Shown here: in pieces, positions 26,111-38,871 of the stretch
How positions within the stretch are numbered: the first letter of the stretch is position 1
How the letters are laid out: every line of letters begins with the position of its first letter
Origin: Moniliella sp. 'wahieum'
Taxonomy: Eukaryota
Reading direction: 5' to 3'
DNA length: 64,000 nt
Assembly: GCA_003971905.1 (NCBI GenBank)
Contig: RSEE01000036.1
Coordinates: 434,001 to 498,000 of the forward strand
Program-made: the position numbers and the translations under genes
Notes under the pieces: generated by a model
What the model saw: only the letters and a program-made list of their open reading frames with translations
What the model was told of the DNA's origin: nothing
Databases searched by the model: none

Positions 26111-27424
26111 ATGGCCGCCCAGCGGCAGTATCCGCCCCAGCGGCGAAGCCATCTCTGCCATTTCCGTTGGCGGCGACTTCCTCTCGGCCCTCGTGCACCC
26201 CCCAAACCCCATACTGCCCGTCTGCGCCAGCCCGACGCCGAGTCCATCCCCTCGCCCGAACCCCATCTCGCTCCACCGCCGGTACGCCCAGCGCCGTCTC
26301 TCCCACCTCATCGAATCTTTCCGCCACCTTCATTCCCCGCGCACGTACCCGCAGGACTCTCCCGAGCCCAGCAACAGACCCTCCGCTTCACTACCCCTGT
26401 TCCTAATTCCGTTGCCACAACCGGGCCCAGGCCATCCTTAGACTCAGCACCGACCTAAGCTTGATAAGGCAGACCAGCTCGAACAGAAGAACAGTGCGCG
26501 CAAGTCCTGGACCCGGGCATGTCGGCCGCGTCCCGCAAGGCTCGCTCTCCCTGCGCCATTTGTCTCTGCGCGCTCCTGCCAGCTTCAACGTTCCGCCTCC
26601 CAACCATGTGGCTGCCAACCACACGCATCCAGTCGAGACGATTGCAGAACGAGTGGCGCCCCCCCGTGCTTCGCAAGGTCCCACTCGAGCGGCCACCACC
26701 GGAGGGGCATTTCATCGCCGCTCACGGTCCAGGCAACAAGGCGAGAGGCCATCCACCCGCGCTTCGTCCGCCCGGCCCTCGGGCGAGAAGACCCGCCCCC
26801 ACAGCCAGCAAACTGACCGTGCCCATAGCGAGCAAGTTGGAAAGGAGCGGGGGAGATCGATCAGGCATGTAAGGATCTGCAAGTCGAGGTGGTGGAGATG
26901 GATGCGGATGGGCACTGCTTGTACGCGGCTGTGGCGGACCAGCTGAATGTGCTCGCCGCCTTATCGGGCGAAGAAACGGAAGGCAAGAGCCTATTAACCT
27001 TCAAGGACACACGCAAAGCTGCCGCGGACACTATGCGTGCCGATCCCGAGACCTACATGCCTTTATTTCGGATTCGGACGAGAAGATGGCGGGGATCACG
27101 AACAATCTTGCTGGCTCGACGGCGGGCGGCGACCAGAGCAAATTTTTTCTATCCTATTGTGATGCGGTGCAGAACACGGCGTTGTGGGGGGGGCAGCCGG
27201 AACTCTTGGCCTTGGCGCGCGCGTACCATACCCCTGTGTTCGTCATCCAGGCCGGCACCTCGCCCCTCAAGTTTGGCGAGGAGTTTGCCCCCAAGTCAGC
27301 GGCCCAGCTTGCGTATTATCGCGTATCCTACGGCCTGGGAGAACACTACAATTCGCTGCGACCCTACCAGTCCACGCTGCCTTTACCCGCTGGTGCTAGG
27401 CGGGCCCGCAAAGGGGCCCATTGA
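26111..27424 (+). CDS. OTU-domain deubiquitinase (Otu2/OTUD6-like)
   Basis: VEMDADGHCLYAAVADQL (catalytic Cys loop), ALWGGQPELLALARAY, YYRVSYGLGEHYNSLRP (His loop). Start approximate. Confidence 0.85.
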
Positions 27425-27721
27425 CCAGCTCGATCACATCCCATCTCTTCGGCGCCTCTTCATGCAGCGTGCTGCGCCTCCATGGTACCCATTGACCCTT
27501 ATTTGACACGGTGCTGGTTCCTTTCCAATGGACATATTTCCTCACTTGCGACTCGATACCGGCGTCTTGCATCTGATAGTTACCCCGGACGGCGGGCATT
27601 GGGAGATTGAACGACAGGCCAGGTGGAGGAGAAGGAGGCTAGATCGGAGGTTCGCTAAGGGACAGCGAAATACAGTTACGGTGTGTGCCTGTGCACCACT
27701 ATGCGGCGAGTTAAATTAATT

Positions 27722-28711
27722 ATGGGCGCAGTAGTAGCTGTAGTCGAGGTAAATATTTCAGGCGGGCAGTGCGTCCAGCGTCCGACGTCCGACCACTTCA
27801 GGAAGTCCTAAGCTTGTTAACCGCTGACCACCACCGCGCTTGGCGCCCCCCTTCCTCCCTCCCTTGCGTACGAAGTGAAGCAGCACGAGTTGCTGGAGCA
27901 GGGACTGCCGCATCCACTCTTCCTCCCGCATTGCCCACGGCTGAGACCAGTCTCCCTGCTTCCGCCCCGCTCGCCATCCCTACACGTCACGTCCAGGCCC
28001 AGGTGGCTGGGGTGGAGACGCATGTCCTCTGCCAGCTTTTTACCGACCGTTTGGTCGTGCTCATCTCTCAAGTAGGCAAAGTGGGCACATTGGTACGTGT
28101 CTGCCTCTACGGGAGCAAACGTAATTGGACTGACGTACCCCCCTCCCTCGGCAGATGCAAGCTTCGCTTGGCAGCTCCTCCACCTCCAGCTGGGGCAGGA
28201 ACAAGTGCTGGCCATGTTGAGTGATGCGGTGGCAAGTGAGACCGAGGCGGGGCTGGACGACGACCCCGATGCTCCCGAACCTAGCGGCGCGGATGAACCT
28301 CCATCTCCATCACCCTTGCCCGAATGGCTGCCGCCGCCATTGGTGTCGGCAGTCAATGCGCGGCACGCTGTGTTGGTCGGCACGCCACCGCCCGGACAAG
28401 GTATGCTGTACAATTTGATTTGCAGCCAAGTTTGAGCTTGATCCTGTACGAAGCGAATGGGTATGCTCCGGCACCCCCCGGCTCGGTCCGGGCGGGTCGG
28501 TGGGTGCGGAGGGGCGGGGCGGGAGGCTCTGGCGTGGTGCCCCCCCGTGGTGGTCGGGTTGGGCCTGCGTTCGCTGCCGGCGGCCGCTGCCCCATCTACC
28601 GAAGAGGCCGAGGTGGCCGAGATGGATTTCTTTGCATCGGACGAGGCGGAAAAAGAACAGGCCCGCCTCTGTGGGATCTTACGGTTGGTAAGCCAGGCTA
28701 GGGTATGGTGA
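27722..28711 (+). CDS. Proteasome assembly chaperone 3 (PAC3/PSMG3)-like protein
   Basis: GVETHVLCQLFTDRLVVLISQVGKVGTL|MQAS..LVGTPP..LYNLICSQV..PVVVGLGLR. Intron at 28093-28154. Start uncertain. Confidence 0.65.
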
Positions 28712-30219
28712 GCGTGAGTCCTTCCCGAGCCCGAGGAAATTGATTCTTTTGCTTCGGCCAAACACCCGGTAGGAATGACGCAGAAAGCCAAATGTAAGAG
28801 GGAGATTGCTTCGGATGCCGACAGGTATTCATTCAGGCTGCATGGAATGGCGCCTTATATACCAGAGGAGAAGGAGAAGCTATCACACGGTAGACCACGC
28901 GTGATGAGGGGAAGAGACACAAAGGGGTCAAGGAAGATCTAGAACAAGGATCATACCCACATCCTTTGGGAATGTGTGTGTGATCCGTCACCAAAGACAA
29001 TGCCGAAGGGAGAAACAGGCCGGGATGGGAGAGATGGGCATGAAAGCTGCCGTCACCCCTTGATGGTCCACATTTGATTCGACGTGAAGATGGAAAACGA
29101 GGAGTGGGGAGGTGGGACAGAGGGTCAAAAGCAAATTGGACTCCCGAGTTCCTCTCAAACAATTCCTCTACGACTGCGAAGGTAGTACTGAAATTCAGGG
29201 TGGCGCTGACGGGAACGTCAATGGGCGGTTCGTCACACTGGCGATGTTTGGCGGGACGTGAAGGATTCTTTTGGTGGACCTGGAGCACCTAATAGCTTGG
29301 CTCGTAGTCCTTTTGTTTCATCAGAAGTTAGCCCCTATCCTGAGTCATTTGCCCACTTGAACGTGGATTCCCAATCCAAGTTACGAAAAGCCTTCAAAGG
29401 GAAGATCGGATGAAAAAAACAAGGACGAGAGGGGACATACAGCGAGCTTCAACGGCCACCATATGGTAGGAGGGAATCGGGACGAAAACAGCTGGCTCAA
29501 ACGGTCATAACATACCACGTTGATCGCCTCAGGCTCTCCAAGTCAACGACGGTAGGAAAGCGTGGCCCAAACACGCTTGTTCAGACGCCAACTCAAAAAC
29601 GATTGCCTTGCTGATGAGTTCGAATTGCTGGCCATCATCAGCTTGATCGGAGTGAACAGACCTTCTCATTCCGTCCTTCTCACACGCAGGCCCTTTGGGC
29701 TACACAGCTAACCGTTCCCTACCTTGGCGTTGGTGCTCTTGATCGATCATAATCTGAAATCTCTGGATCTCTCATGCTGGCTCATGTTAGGCAAAAGCTG
29801 CCTGAAAGGTGAGGGGATGCCTTCAGTCCAGCCCGCCTATTCCATCTTGCCCCAGCCTGGTGAAGTCAACTACGTTATATACTGTAACGCAGTTCTTCTA
29901 TGAAGGCACCACAAATGCTCGTCGCACTAGCGATTCGAATTACAACGCCCCAACAACAAAGGCACAAGGGCTTTGAGCAGGGCGCTCACCATGCACGACC
30001 AGACTGGAGAGGGAATCTACCGGGCCAGGCCACAAAGCAGGGTAGTTTTGTGCAGGGGTGCAGCAGGAGGGGCCATAACCGCAGAATGCAGAGGCCAGTA
30101 CACGAGCGAAATAGGTTCGACTCAGGGAAGTAAGGAAGGAGTAGATGTCCGAGCGCAAGGAGCAGCGAGAACAAATGACAACGCATGACGAAACATGAAG
30201 CGCATCGCTGCGGGCACGT

Positions 30220-30655
30220 TTAGTCAAACAGACCGAAGCCCATGTCGTCGTCCGACTCCTCCTCCACCTTCTCCTCCTTCTTCTCCTCCTTCTTCTCCTC
30301 GGCCGGGGCGTCACCAGCGGCGGCGGGGCCAGCAGCGGCAACGGCGCCACCAGCGGCACCACCACCAACCGAAGTCAGCAAGTCCTGCACGTCCTTGCCG
30401 GCAAGGGCCTTGGCGAGGAGGTTGGCCCAGATGGGCTCAAGGTCAACGTGGGCAGCCGAGGTGAGAGTGTGAATCTTCTCCCCCTGCAACAATCATGGAA
30501 AGAAGTCAGATTGCCAGAATGTCAATAGGCGAGGCAGATTGGCGCGCTGAACGCGCATCAACCACGGTTAAGGGTGGGGTACGCACAGTGATCTCGACCG
30601 ACTCGTCCGCGAGGATGAGGGCGGCGTAGGTGGCAGCAAGCTCAGTAGAGGCCAT
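30220..30655 (-). CDS. RPP1: 60S acidic ribosomal protein P1
   Basis: [23 protein letters not shown] | [32 protein letters not shown]...[14 protein letters not shown]. Intron at 30484-30586. Confidence 0.97.
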
Positions 30656-30732
30656 CGTGACGATGAGTTGACTTGACAGGTAGGTGGTTTGCGTGGACGT
30701 GGGCGCCATGCCGAAGCACGAGCTGGAGCATA

Positions 30733-30755
30733 CAACCCTAGTCAGACAACCCTAC
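30733..30755 (-). promoter_or_regulatory. Two telobox-like AACCCTA/TAGGGTT motifs upstream of RPP1
   Basis: caaccctag (30733) and caaccctac (30747) lie 80-100 bp upstream of the RPP1 ATG. Telomere-like motifs are known from ribosomal-protein promoters in some fungi and plants. Confidence 0.4.
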
Positions 30756-30900
30756 TAAAAGACGGGTACGGGAGGCACAAGGCCAGTGGTGCCTTGGCGC
30801 AAGTAATAATTATTCGAGCTACCGTCAATCTACCCTATTGACGTAAGTGCTGCTGAATTAGCCGGGAAGGAATATCCAGGGTCTTACAAATTGTCACACG

Positions 30901-30998
30901 GGCGAGATAGCGAAGTGGTCTAACGCGCTGTGTTAAGGCAATTCGTTCTTGTCTAACCGCAGTCCTCCGGGGCGTGGGTTCGAATCCCACTCTCGTCA
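30901..30998 (+). tRNA. tRNA-Leu(AAG) with 18-nt intron
   Basis: Acceptor stem GGCGAGA/TCTCGTC; anticodon arm CTGTG-TTAAGG[intron]C-CGCAG; long variable arm; T arm GTGGG-TTCGAAT-CCCAC; TTTTT terminator at 31001. Confidence 0.93.
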
Positions 30999-31592
30999 CA
31001 TTTTTGGGTCAACCGTCACAGGTTACCAAGAAGTTACCAAGGTGCCCGCGAAGTGGGAAGTTTTCAGCGGGCCCAAATAATCAAGTTGGGCCTGAGCACC
31101 ATGGAGAGGAGGCCAAGATCCGGTAGAGAGTAGGGTAGTACTAAGAAGATGAGACCTGGAGTCTGGTGGTCCACCAGGATGATTCAATAGCACTAGTGTT
31201 GGTGGTGGTCTACGCCTACGCCATCAGCAAAACACCTACTACAGAGGAACATCAGGCAGCCATCCACCACATTCACGGCCTTGGGGCTTATGGCCATGGA
31301 GTTAACATTTAACGCTTAACCAATGCACTAGGTCCGTGGAATCTTTGGTTGAACACGGAACTCCACTGACGTTCAACGATCTCAATTGCTTACCAAAAGC
31401 GGCCCAGAAGCTCTCGAATATCGCACCTCCTACTGGTTCAGACTCCTCCTTATCTCCACTCACAGCCGCTCCTCGCCTAAGCTATATAAGGCCCTGCCCG
31501 CTGTACGCCTTCGCAGAACCGCCTCCGCCAGTCACGCCTTCACCCCACATTGCTAGTTCGACCGTCCTGCTATCAAACCCACCACCAAAGCT

Positions 31593-32150
31593 ATGTCTCT
31601 ACTACCTCCCTTCACCGTCCTTTCGCCATCCAAAAGGTTAAATTCAACCCGTCTTCTGAGCTTGGGAGGGACACTTTTCACCATGCTGACTCTACTTGTT
31701 GCGGGTTGTCCAGGTCAAAGCAGCGCAGCGGTTGTGGAACACCCGTGATCCCAGCAAGGTCCCAGGCGTACACGCAAGCAGCATCTGGCGCAACCGAGAC
31801 CAGTTTCTCGTTGGGCACAAGCAGATTGAAGCTTTCTTACATGCAAATGGGCAAGAGAGACATCTTACATCCTGAAGAAACAGTTGTTTGCCTACGACAC
31901 ACACAAGATCGCTGTGCAATTTTGGTATGAATACGCCCGTCCTTCTGGCCAGATTACAAGAGGGACGGAGGAGGTTGAGTGGTGGCGTTGTTACGGGTTG
32001 GAACACTGGACGTTTGCTCCCGACGGCCGCATGTGCAAGCGTCACATGAGCGGGAATGACGTGCGCATTAGCCTGGAAGAACGTTGGTTCTCCTCTGCCA
32101 TGTCTGACGACGAGCTGGATGCAGTCGAGATTAGCGATAAACACGGGTGA
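31593..32150 (+). CDS. DUF1348 / SnoaL(NTF2)-like protein
   Basis: LPPFT..AIQK|VKAAQRLWNTRDP..SIWRNRDQF..LFAYDTHKIAVQFWYEY..WWRCYGLEHWTFAPDGRMCKRHMSGND. Intron at about 31637-31713. Confidence 0.85.
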
Positions 32151-32255
32151 AGCCAACCAGACCAGAACAAAATGAGAGAGGCAACCCATGTGGCAGCTCA
32201 AAGCTGGTGTGCTTCAAAGTAGTCCCATAACAAGTAAAAGAGGAAAGGGGAAGCA

Positions 32256-34327
32256 TTACAGCATCCGCTCAGTTCCTGACAAGCGTTCTCCCGACGCCCT
32301 CTCCTGCTGGTACACATCCTCGGGGGTCTGAGTGGGTGGAGAGGAGGACCGATAAAACCCAAACGCGACCAAGATCGTACCCACCAGCACCCAGAGAGCG
32401 GTTCGGCTGGAACGCGATTTCGGCGTAAACTCGTCTGTCTCAATGGGGCCCGCATCGGGAAGACGCCTTGGCGTTTGAGATCTTCGAACATGGTGGCCAT
32501 TGGGCTGGAGGGATTGTCAACCTTGCGGAATGTCTCCTTGCCATCAGGGCCAACGACTCGCTCGTACGCACGCGCCTTGCCATTCTCGTATACGTAAGCC
32601 CGCTCAACAGTTGTAAATCCGTCTAAATCAGAAAAGGGCGGGGAGGGGAGAGGGGTGGTTAGTAGAGTGGAGATGGAGCTATGGCATGGTAGGACGTACC
32701 AGACGAAGTTTCCTTGCGGAACGCGGTCGCCCCAGGAGGAGGACCTCTGGAGGAGTTGGGCTTAGATGCGCCATCCGACCTGGCCGACTGACTGGATTCG
32801 GAGCTTGGCCGGGACGAAGAAAAGGATGGAGGAGCTCGGCCCCTTCCTTCATACTCGTTGGCCATATTTTCCAACACCTCCTTTGTTTCGGTCAGGTCTC
32901 GAGGTGTACCAACCTTGAAGATAACCTTGAGATCACCCTTGGCTCGGATAAGGTAGAGCCGACGTGGCCACTAAAATCGAGGATGGGATCCCACGACCGG
33001 GAACAATAACTTCGTCCGAGGCCTGGGTTCCTGCAGGAACACGAACATCGACATCCCATCCAGGACGGGGACCTTAACGGTCCACCCAACACGGCCGTGT
33101 AAAAGGGGAGAGTGGTTTCGTACACTAGTGTGTCCCCCTCCCGACGCCAGGTCTTTGACGGAAGTACCTCAATGTCGACCAGCAGGTCACCCCGTTGCCC
33201 TTCGCCATCGCTCGGCTCATGGCCCCATCCTTCCAACCGCATCGTTATCCCGTCCTCTACCCCGGCCGGGATGGGACCGCCTGGGTCACCTTCTCGCGCA
33301 ACCGGCCCGTTCCATGGCATACGATGCACATATCGTTAGGGCGGACAACGCGACCGACGCCATTGCAGCTGGTGCACACGGTAGCCACACGGGTCCGGCG
33401 ATGGATGGCCCAAAAGGTGGTACCAGTGCCACTGCAATCCGGACAGACGAGCGAGTCGCGACCGGGACGGACACCAGATCCGTAACACTCCCAACAAGAT
33501 ACCGAGATGGACAGCGGTGCATCTTTGGTGGTACCCAGCGCCGCCTCTTCAAAGGTCAAGGTCACTTTGGTATGGATGCTTTCGCCAGGAGCGGAGGCTT
33601 TACGAAAGGGAGTGGCGCGAGGCCCCATTGCTCCATACATCTCCTCGAACAATGCGTCCGAATCAAAGCTGCTTCCCAATGGATCCACATACCCTTGGCA
33701 GCGCCGGGTGGGCCCTTGGGCCCGCCAAAGGACGAAGCCTGCGTCACTGTATCCGACGCAGAGGGGCGGTGCCGTCCAGCGTGCCAAAACGGTCGTAGGC
33801 AGCACGTTTTCGTGTGTCCGACAGAACCTAGGAGCAGTGACATCAAGTTAGTTTACTACTAGAGCAACAAAAACAAAGATAGGCCAACGTACATCGTATG
33901 CCTTTTGGATTTGAATAAAGCGCTCCTTGGCCGATTCGTCCGGGTTGGTATCGGGATGGTACTTCTTTGCCAGACTATAGTAGGCCATCTTGATGTTGCT
34001 GGCGGAAGCAGTGGGATCGACGCCGAGCAAGTCGTACAGCTCCAGATGCACCCAACCAGAACCGGGCGGGCGGCGTGGGGGCTCAGAAGCCCACAGATGG
34101 GCAGAGGAAGAGAAAGGCCGGGTGGATGGGACACCAAAGTGCTTCAAAGTTCTGCCAACTGCGCCAACTTGGCAAAAGGAACGTGCATCACCAGCCCTGG
34201 CCATCGGCCGAGACGCGTATGCTGCCGCCCAGGGAACCCCCCAGCGCACGCCCACAGCTGAGCGCGCTGCTGTGCTGGAGCCGGCCAGGAGACGGTGTGC
34301 AGAAGCCGGAAGTGGTGAGGGAAACAT
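32256..34327 (-). CDS. MDJ1: Mitochondrial type-I J-protein (Mdj1-like DnaJ)
   Basis: Arg/Ala/Ser-rich presequence; J domain [26 protein letters not shown]; four CxxCxGxG motifs; C-terminal domain [22 protein letters not shown]. Introns with donors at 33892 and 32699. Confidence 0.8.
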
Positions 34328-34917
34328 GGCACCAATCTGGGCCTGAAGCAGACAGCAGGCAGTGCGGGGGCGGGGGAGGAACGGGGTGGCGGCCCAGTGG
34401 GCAAACGAGAGATGGTTGGGGAAGGACCGTGGCTGCCGCCACAACGGCGAGGAAGTACGCACTTTGGATTGGCAATCAATATTCACTGGCCAACAAACTG
34501 GGTCGCCGTGGCCGGCGGAAACCGGAGGAGCTCAACACCACTGGCCCAGTGCCTTTCTTCGCACCGGCGGAACTAGCCGCCATTTTATAACTTTCACCGC
34601 CCGCATCGTGGAAACCCCCCAGTGTGGCGCACCTTCGGGACCGTTCCCAACGGCTACTTGGAAGCAAGTTCTCGTTACTGCTGGATACTTGTCGATGCTC
34701 CCGTCCTGGCACCCTCTCTACCTACCCCATTCGTACCAAGCTACTGACGAAAACGCAGGTATCACAAGAGCATCATGTAAATTATGCGGACACAGCAAAT
34801 GTAAGGTGCGTGGGAGACGAAGCGAGGGCAACTCAACACGGATTGAAGCTCAATAGCCACGTTCCCACAAGTGACGGCAGATGGCCGCCCAAAATCGTTC
34901 CAAACGCTCCTCTTCGC

Positions 34918-37126
34918 TCAGTGTAGACAACGGGACATCCGGGTGATGTCCGCCGGGCTCATCAAAGGGCGATAACGGGAGCGACTTCTCGGGTACGGTG
35001 GGAGACGCAGAAGGTGCCCCCGTCCCCCATGTCGGAGCGGAAGAAAGGACGGTGTGCACCGCAGCCGATGTCTGTTCGTCTTTCCCCCCTGCCTCAGTAG
35101 GAGCAGGGTGCAAGGGTGCAAATGCAGAGTGGGCCCGTCCAGGTGCAGGTGCTGCAGTGTCGGGTAGACGGTCTGAGATCCAGTTGGCGACCTGGGCGGC
35201 AGCGGGGGCGGGGGATGTTGGCTGTAGTGATGCGGATGGAGGAGTGCGAGTCTAGGCGCTGGGAGGAGAGGGATGATGTAGACGCTTCCGAAGATGGAGG
35301 GGAAGGTAAAGGAGAGAAGAAAGCCGACTGGGTTGCTGGTCTAGTCCGAGATTGCTCTTGGGGGTGCTTGAATCTGAAGGGGAAGAGCGTCGTAAGGCGC
35401 GCAAGATGCGATTGATACCCAACCATCCTTGGTCGGCGCCAGTGTCAGGTTTATCTGACTTTGGACGAGCATGTGGGGCTTCGGCATTTGTTTCAGCCTT
35501 TGTCTTGGCCTTGGAAGAGGTGGGGAGCGGGCGTCCTGTGATAGGGTCTTTCTTCGGAGCACGGAAACGGGGGGCCCCTCCCCCTCGCAGGTCCCAATGA
35601 TCCGCCTGCTCCACCACGCCCAGAAAATGACCCCAGATGGCCGAATGAACAGCAACAATGCCATCGTTTCCGCGCTCGGCCTGCTCGGCCTGAGCCGAGC
35701 CGTCGCGAACACTTGCTGCCGTCCCACTTGCAGCGGATGCATCGAGCACCAGCTTGGGTAGCCAAAGCGGGTGCCACATGGGCAACCGATCAATCCGTGC
35801 CGCCACACTAAAGTAGCTTACTCCGCGTACATTGGGCACCGTAGGGTTGAAGAGGAGTGTCATGTAGCGAGTTGACAACATTGCGTACGCTGGCTGGTCC
35901 AGTAACCCCAGCATCCATTCGCTAAATCCGCCACCAACCGAGTCGAGGGCGCGGGTAAATAAGGAAGTGTCCCAACCGCTCGTAGCTCGAGGCGACTCGC
36001 GTGGCGAACTGCTCTTGTCCTTCGGATTATCATTATTGTCTGCCGGAGGAGGAGACGTAGGTCGATGTCGGGGAAGTAGTGTTGAGCTTGGCATCTGCTC
36101 GAGAAGCCAAATTGCCTTCTGCTGGCTCCCTCCTGACAAAAAGAGGCGATTTGAGTGAATAAGGTAGGCTGGGTATTGGATCTTCCAGCGCGGGCACTGA
36201 AGAGTCGGGATCATGGTGGGGATGGCGGTGCCGCGAACGAGTGTGGGCGGGTGGAATGATGCCTTGTCTTCGTGCCGTAGCAATCTCAGACTCAACCAAG
36301 TCGCGGCCGATGCCAATATTGGCATTGCACCAGTCCATAAAAGGGGAGCCGCGATGGGGAGTGCTGATCGTCGTCAGGGTTAAGGGGGTGTACTGGTCTG
36401 GGGTAGGACGAATTCGAGTAATGAGATAGCGAGCATCCAGACCGCCCATGGAATGGCCACAAAGTGCACTTTTCGTCCGCGGATCCCAGCTTGCGGAGAG
36501 CAGAGGTATGCATGCAATGCCTCGGCTCGCTCCTGGATCGAGCCCATGGGGGGCACGCCTTTCATTATAACCTCAACGCCGAGGCGCTCGCGCAGCACAT
36601 CCATAATGCCAGCCCAGTAGTGCATCTCGACACCCAAGATGGCACGCACATCGTACCCGTACAAGCCGTGGCAGAGAACGATGGGGTCCCGCGGCAAGCG
36701 AGGCGGGGTGAGCAGGTCGGGGAGGGCCATGAGCTCGGTGATGGAGCGGATGCGGCTCACCCGCGGGACTGGTGGCTCGGGCGGGGGGGGGGGAGTTTGG
36801 GCCAGCTGTCGACGGCCGCATGGGAAGCAGTCCAGAGCGACCGGGGCCGTGTGGGAGATGGGGAGCGGGGGGCGCGGGAGCGGGAGCGGGGGCGGGAGGC
36901 ACGAGGAGGAGGGTGCCATAGTAGCCGCACACAGCACGGGCAGCCCGTCCTGCACGCATGAACGGGCGGCCCAGGTGGGGCGGCATGCCGGGCAGCGGCA
37001 GAGGAGAAGTGGGTGTGGTGGTGGCGGCAGTGGCGGGGCGAGGCGGCGTGCTGCCCAGCACGGCAAGCATTGCCTGAGAACGGGCTGGTTGAGTTGGGGA
37101 GCCTGTTTCATGCACACAGTGCTCAC
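34918..37126 (-). CDS. TGL2: Triacylglycerol lipase, Tgl2-like
   Basis: PIVLCHGLYGYD, GSIQERAEAL, VHFV(GH)SMGGLDARYLI (GxSxG across a frameshift), LTTISTPHRGSPFMDW, NDGIVAVHSAIWGHFLG, DHWDL. Ends approximate. Confidence 0.8.
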
Positions 37127-37630
37127 CCATGGCGTGCGGGTGATGCATGATGCATGATGTGTGCTGGGTGCTGGGTGCTACGTTCAGCCACCTGCGGCTG
37201 GGGCAGACGGGTGACATCACACGTGGCAGCACAGGGGAGGGCTGCGATCCAGCAGCCATGCCACCGTCCTCCGCCATCGGCCGTGTGAGAGTGGGCAGAC
37301 TGGGGGCACCCCCACCCTCCGCCCCCACCATCCGTGCGAGAGCGAGTTGTGCCCACGGGGCGCATCGTCATCGGCCAGCGCCAGCTGCATGCATTCGTTG
37401 CTCAGTCTGAGCACTCAGTATGTGGATCTGGACTGATTAATGATTGATGATTGCATTCAGGCCGAATGGAAGCGTCCGATCGTCTGATCGCCCCCGGATC
37501 GGCTGGGGGGCTTGGGCGTGCTGAGGTAAGCAGCCTCTTTTTTTTCGTGCGTGCCCCTTCGAGGAGCGCGCAGGCCGCGTGCGCAATGCCGTCCAGGATG
37601 CTTGCCAGCACCATCCGCGCACGCACCGCC

Positions 37631-38598
37631 ATGGCAGGCACGCGCTGGGCCTATGTGCGTGCGTTTGAGCAGCCCGACCCTGTCCTTCCGCACGCCTACA
37701 TGGTCGTTCGCCTCGACGGCAACGGCTTCCACCGCTTTGCCAAGCGCCACCACTTTGCCAAGCCCAATGACCCGCGCGCCCTCGAGCTGATGAACGCCGC
37801 GGCGGGGCGGGTGATGACGGCCCTGCGCGGCGATGCGCTGCTCGCGTATGGCGAGAGCGACGAGTACTCCTTCCTCCTCGACAAGCACTCCCAGCTCTAC
37901 TCACGTCGCCAAGCCAAGATCACGACCCACATTGTATCCATGTTTACCGCGGCCTATGTCCACCTCTGGCCTCGTTTCTTTTCCCACCCGCTCGACAGCC
38001 TTGACGCGCTGCCTTCCTTTGACGGACGGCTGGTCGTCTATCCCACTGCGCGCGAGGTGCGGGACTACTTTGCCTGGCGCCAGGCCGATACACATATCAA
38101 CAACTTGTACAACACTACGTTTTGGTCCTTGATCCAGCACGATGGCCTGTCGGAGCCCGAGGCGCACAAGGCACTGGAAAAATCCGTTAGTGCCAACAAG
38201 CACGATATGCTTTTTCAACGTGGCATCAATTACAATACTGAGCCAGCAATGTTCCGCAAAGGATCCATCCTGTTTTGGTATACCCCGCCGCCGCCCACCC
38301 TCACCCCGACCGACGCGGCTCCGGCACCAGGGTCCACCCCTGTTGCCCCGGTGCAAGGACGGAAGAAATTGACCAAGGCCGAAAAGAAGGCGTTGGAACC
38401 TCGGAGGGCAAAAGAGTTGCGCACGATGCACGTCGATCTGATTGGGGAAGAATTTTGGTCTGCCCCCCCCACGGCTATTTCCCGCTCCCGCTCCCGCTGA
38501 CAGAGACAGCACCTGTCGGTGCTGAGGGTGCTGCGGAGCCGTGGTTGGATGCGAGGCGAGTGGACCCGTTGGTAACGGCCTATGATATTTTCGAGTAA
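37631..38598 (+). CDS. THG1: tRNA(His) guanylyltransferase
   Basis: MAGTRWAYVRAFEQPD..MVVRLDGNGFHRF..KPND..AYGESDEYSFLL..PSFDGR..DYFAWRQADTHINNLYNTTFW..MFRKGS..HVDLIGEEFW. Confidence 0.95.
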
Positions 38599-38871
38599 AC
38601 AAGTGCGATATGAGAGCAGTAGATAGGTAAAAAAGAGTGAAGGCTTGAAGTGCCAATAGAGCCCAATCGGACGCGCTGTGCCCGCGCGGGTATCAGACGT
38701 ACACAGTGGAGGGCCCTCCCCACACAAGGACACTTGAGCGAAGCAACAACGAGCTCCCCGCATCGGTCGTAACAGAGATCTGTGGTTAAAACCACACCCC
38801 TCCCACCACGAGGCGCAGTAACAAGAGACCAGAGATGGACAAGGAGAGAAGGAAGGAGAAGTGGTATTTCC

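Noticed and set aside
29610..29642. CTGATGAG resembling a hammerhead ribozyme core or C/D snoRNA box
   Set aside because: No stem II followed by GAAA. The motif pairs with downstream TCATCAGC as a simple hairpin, and no rRNA-complementary guide was recognised.
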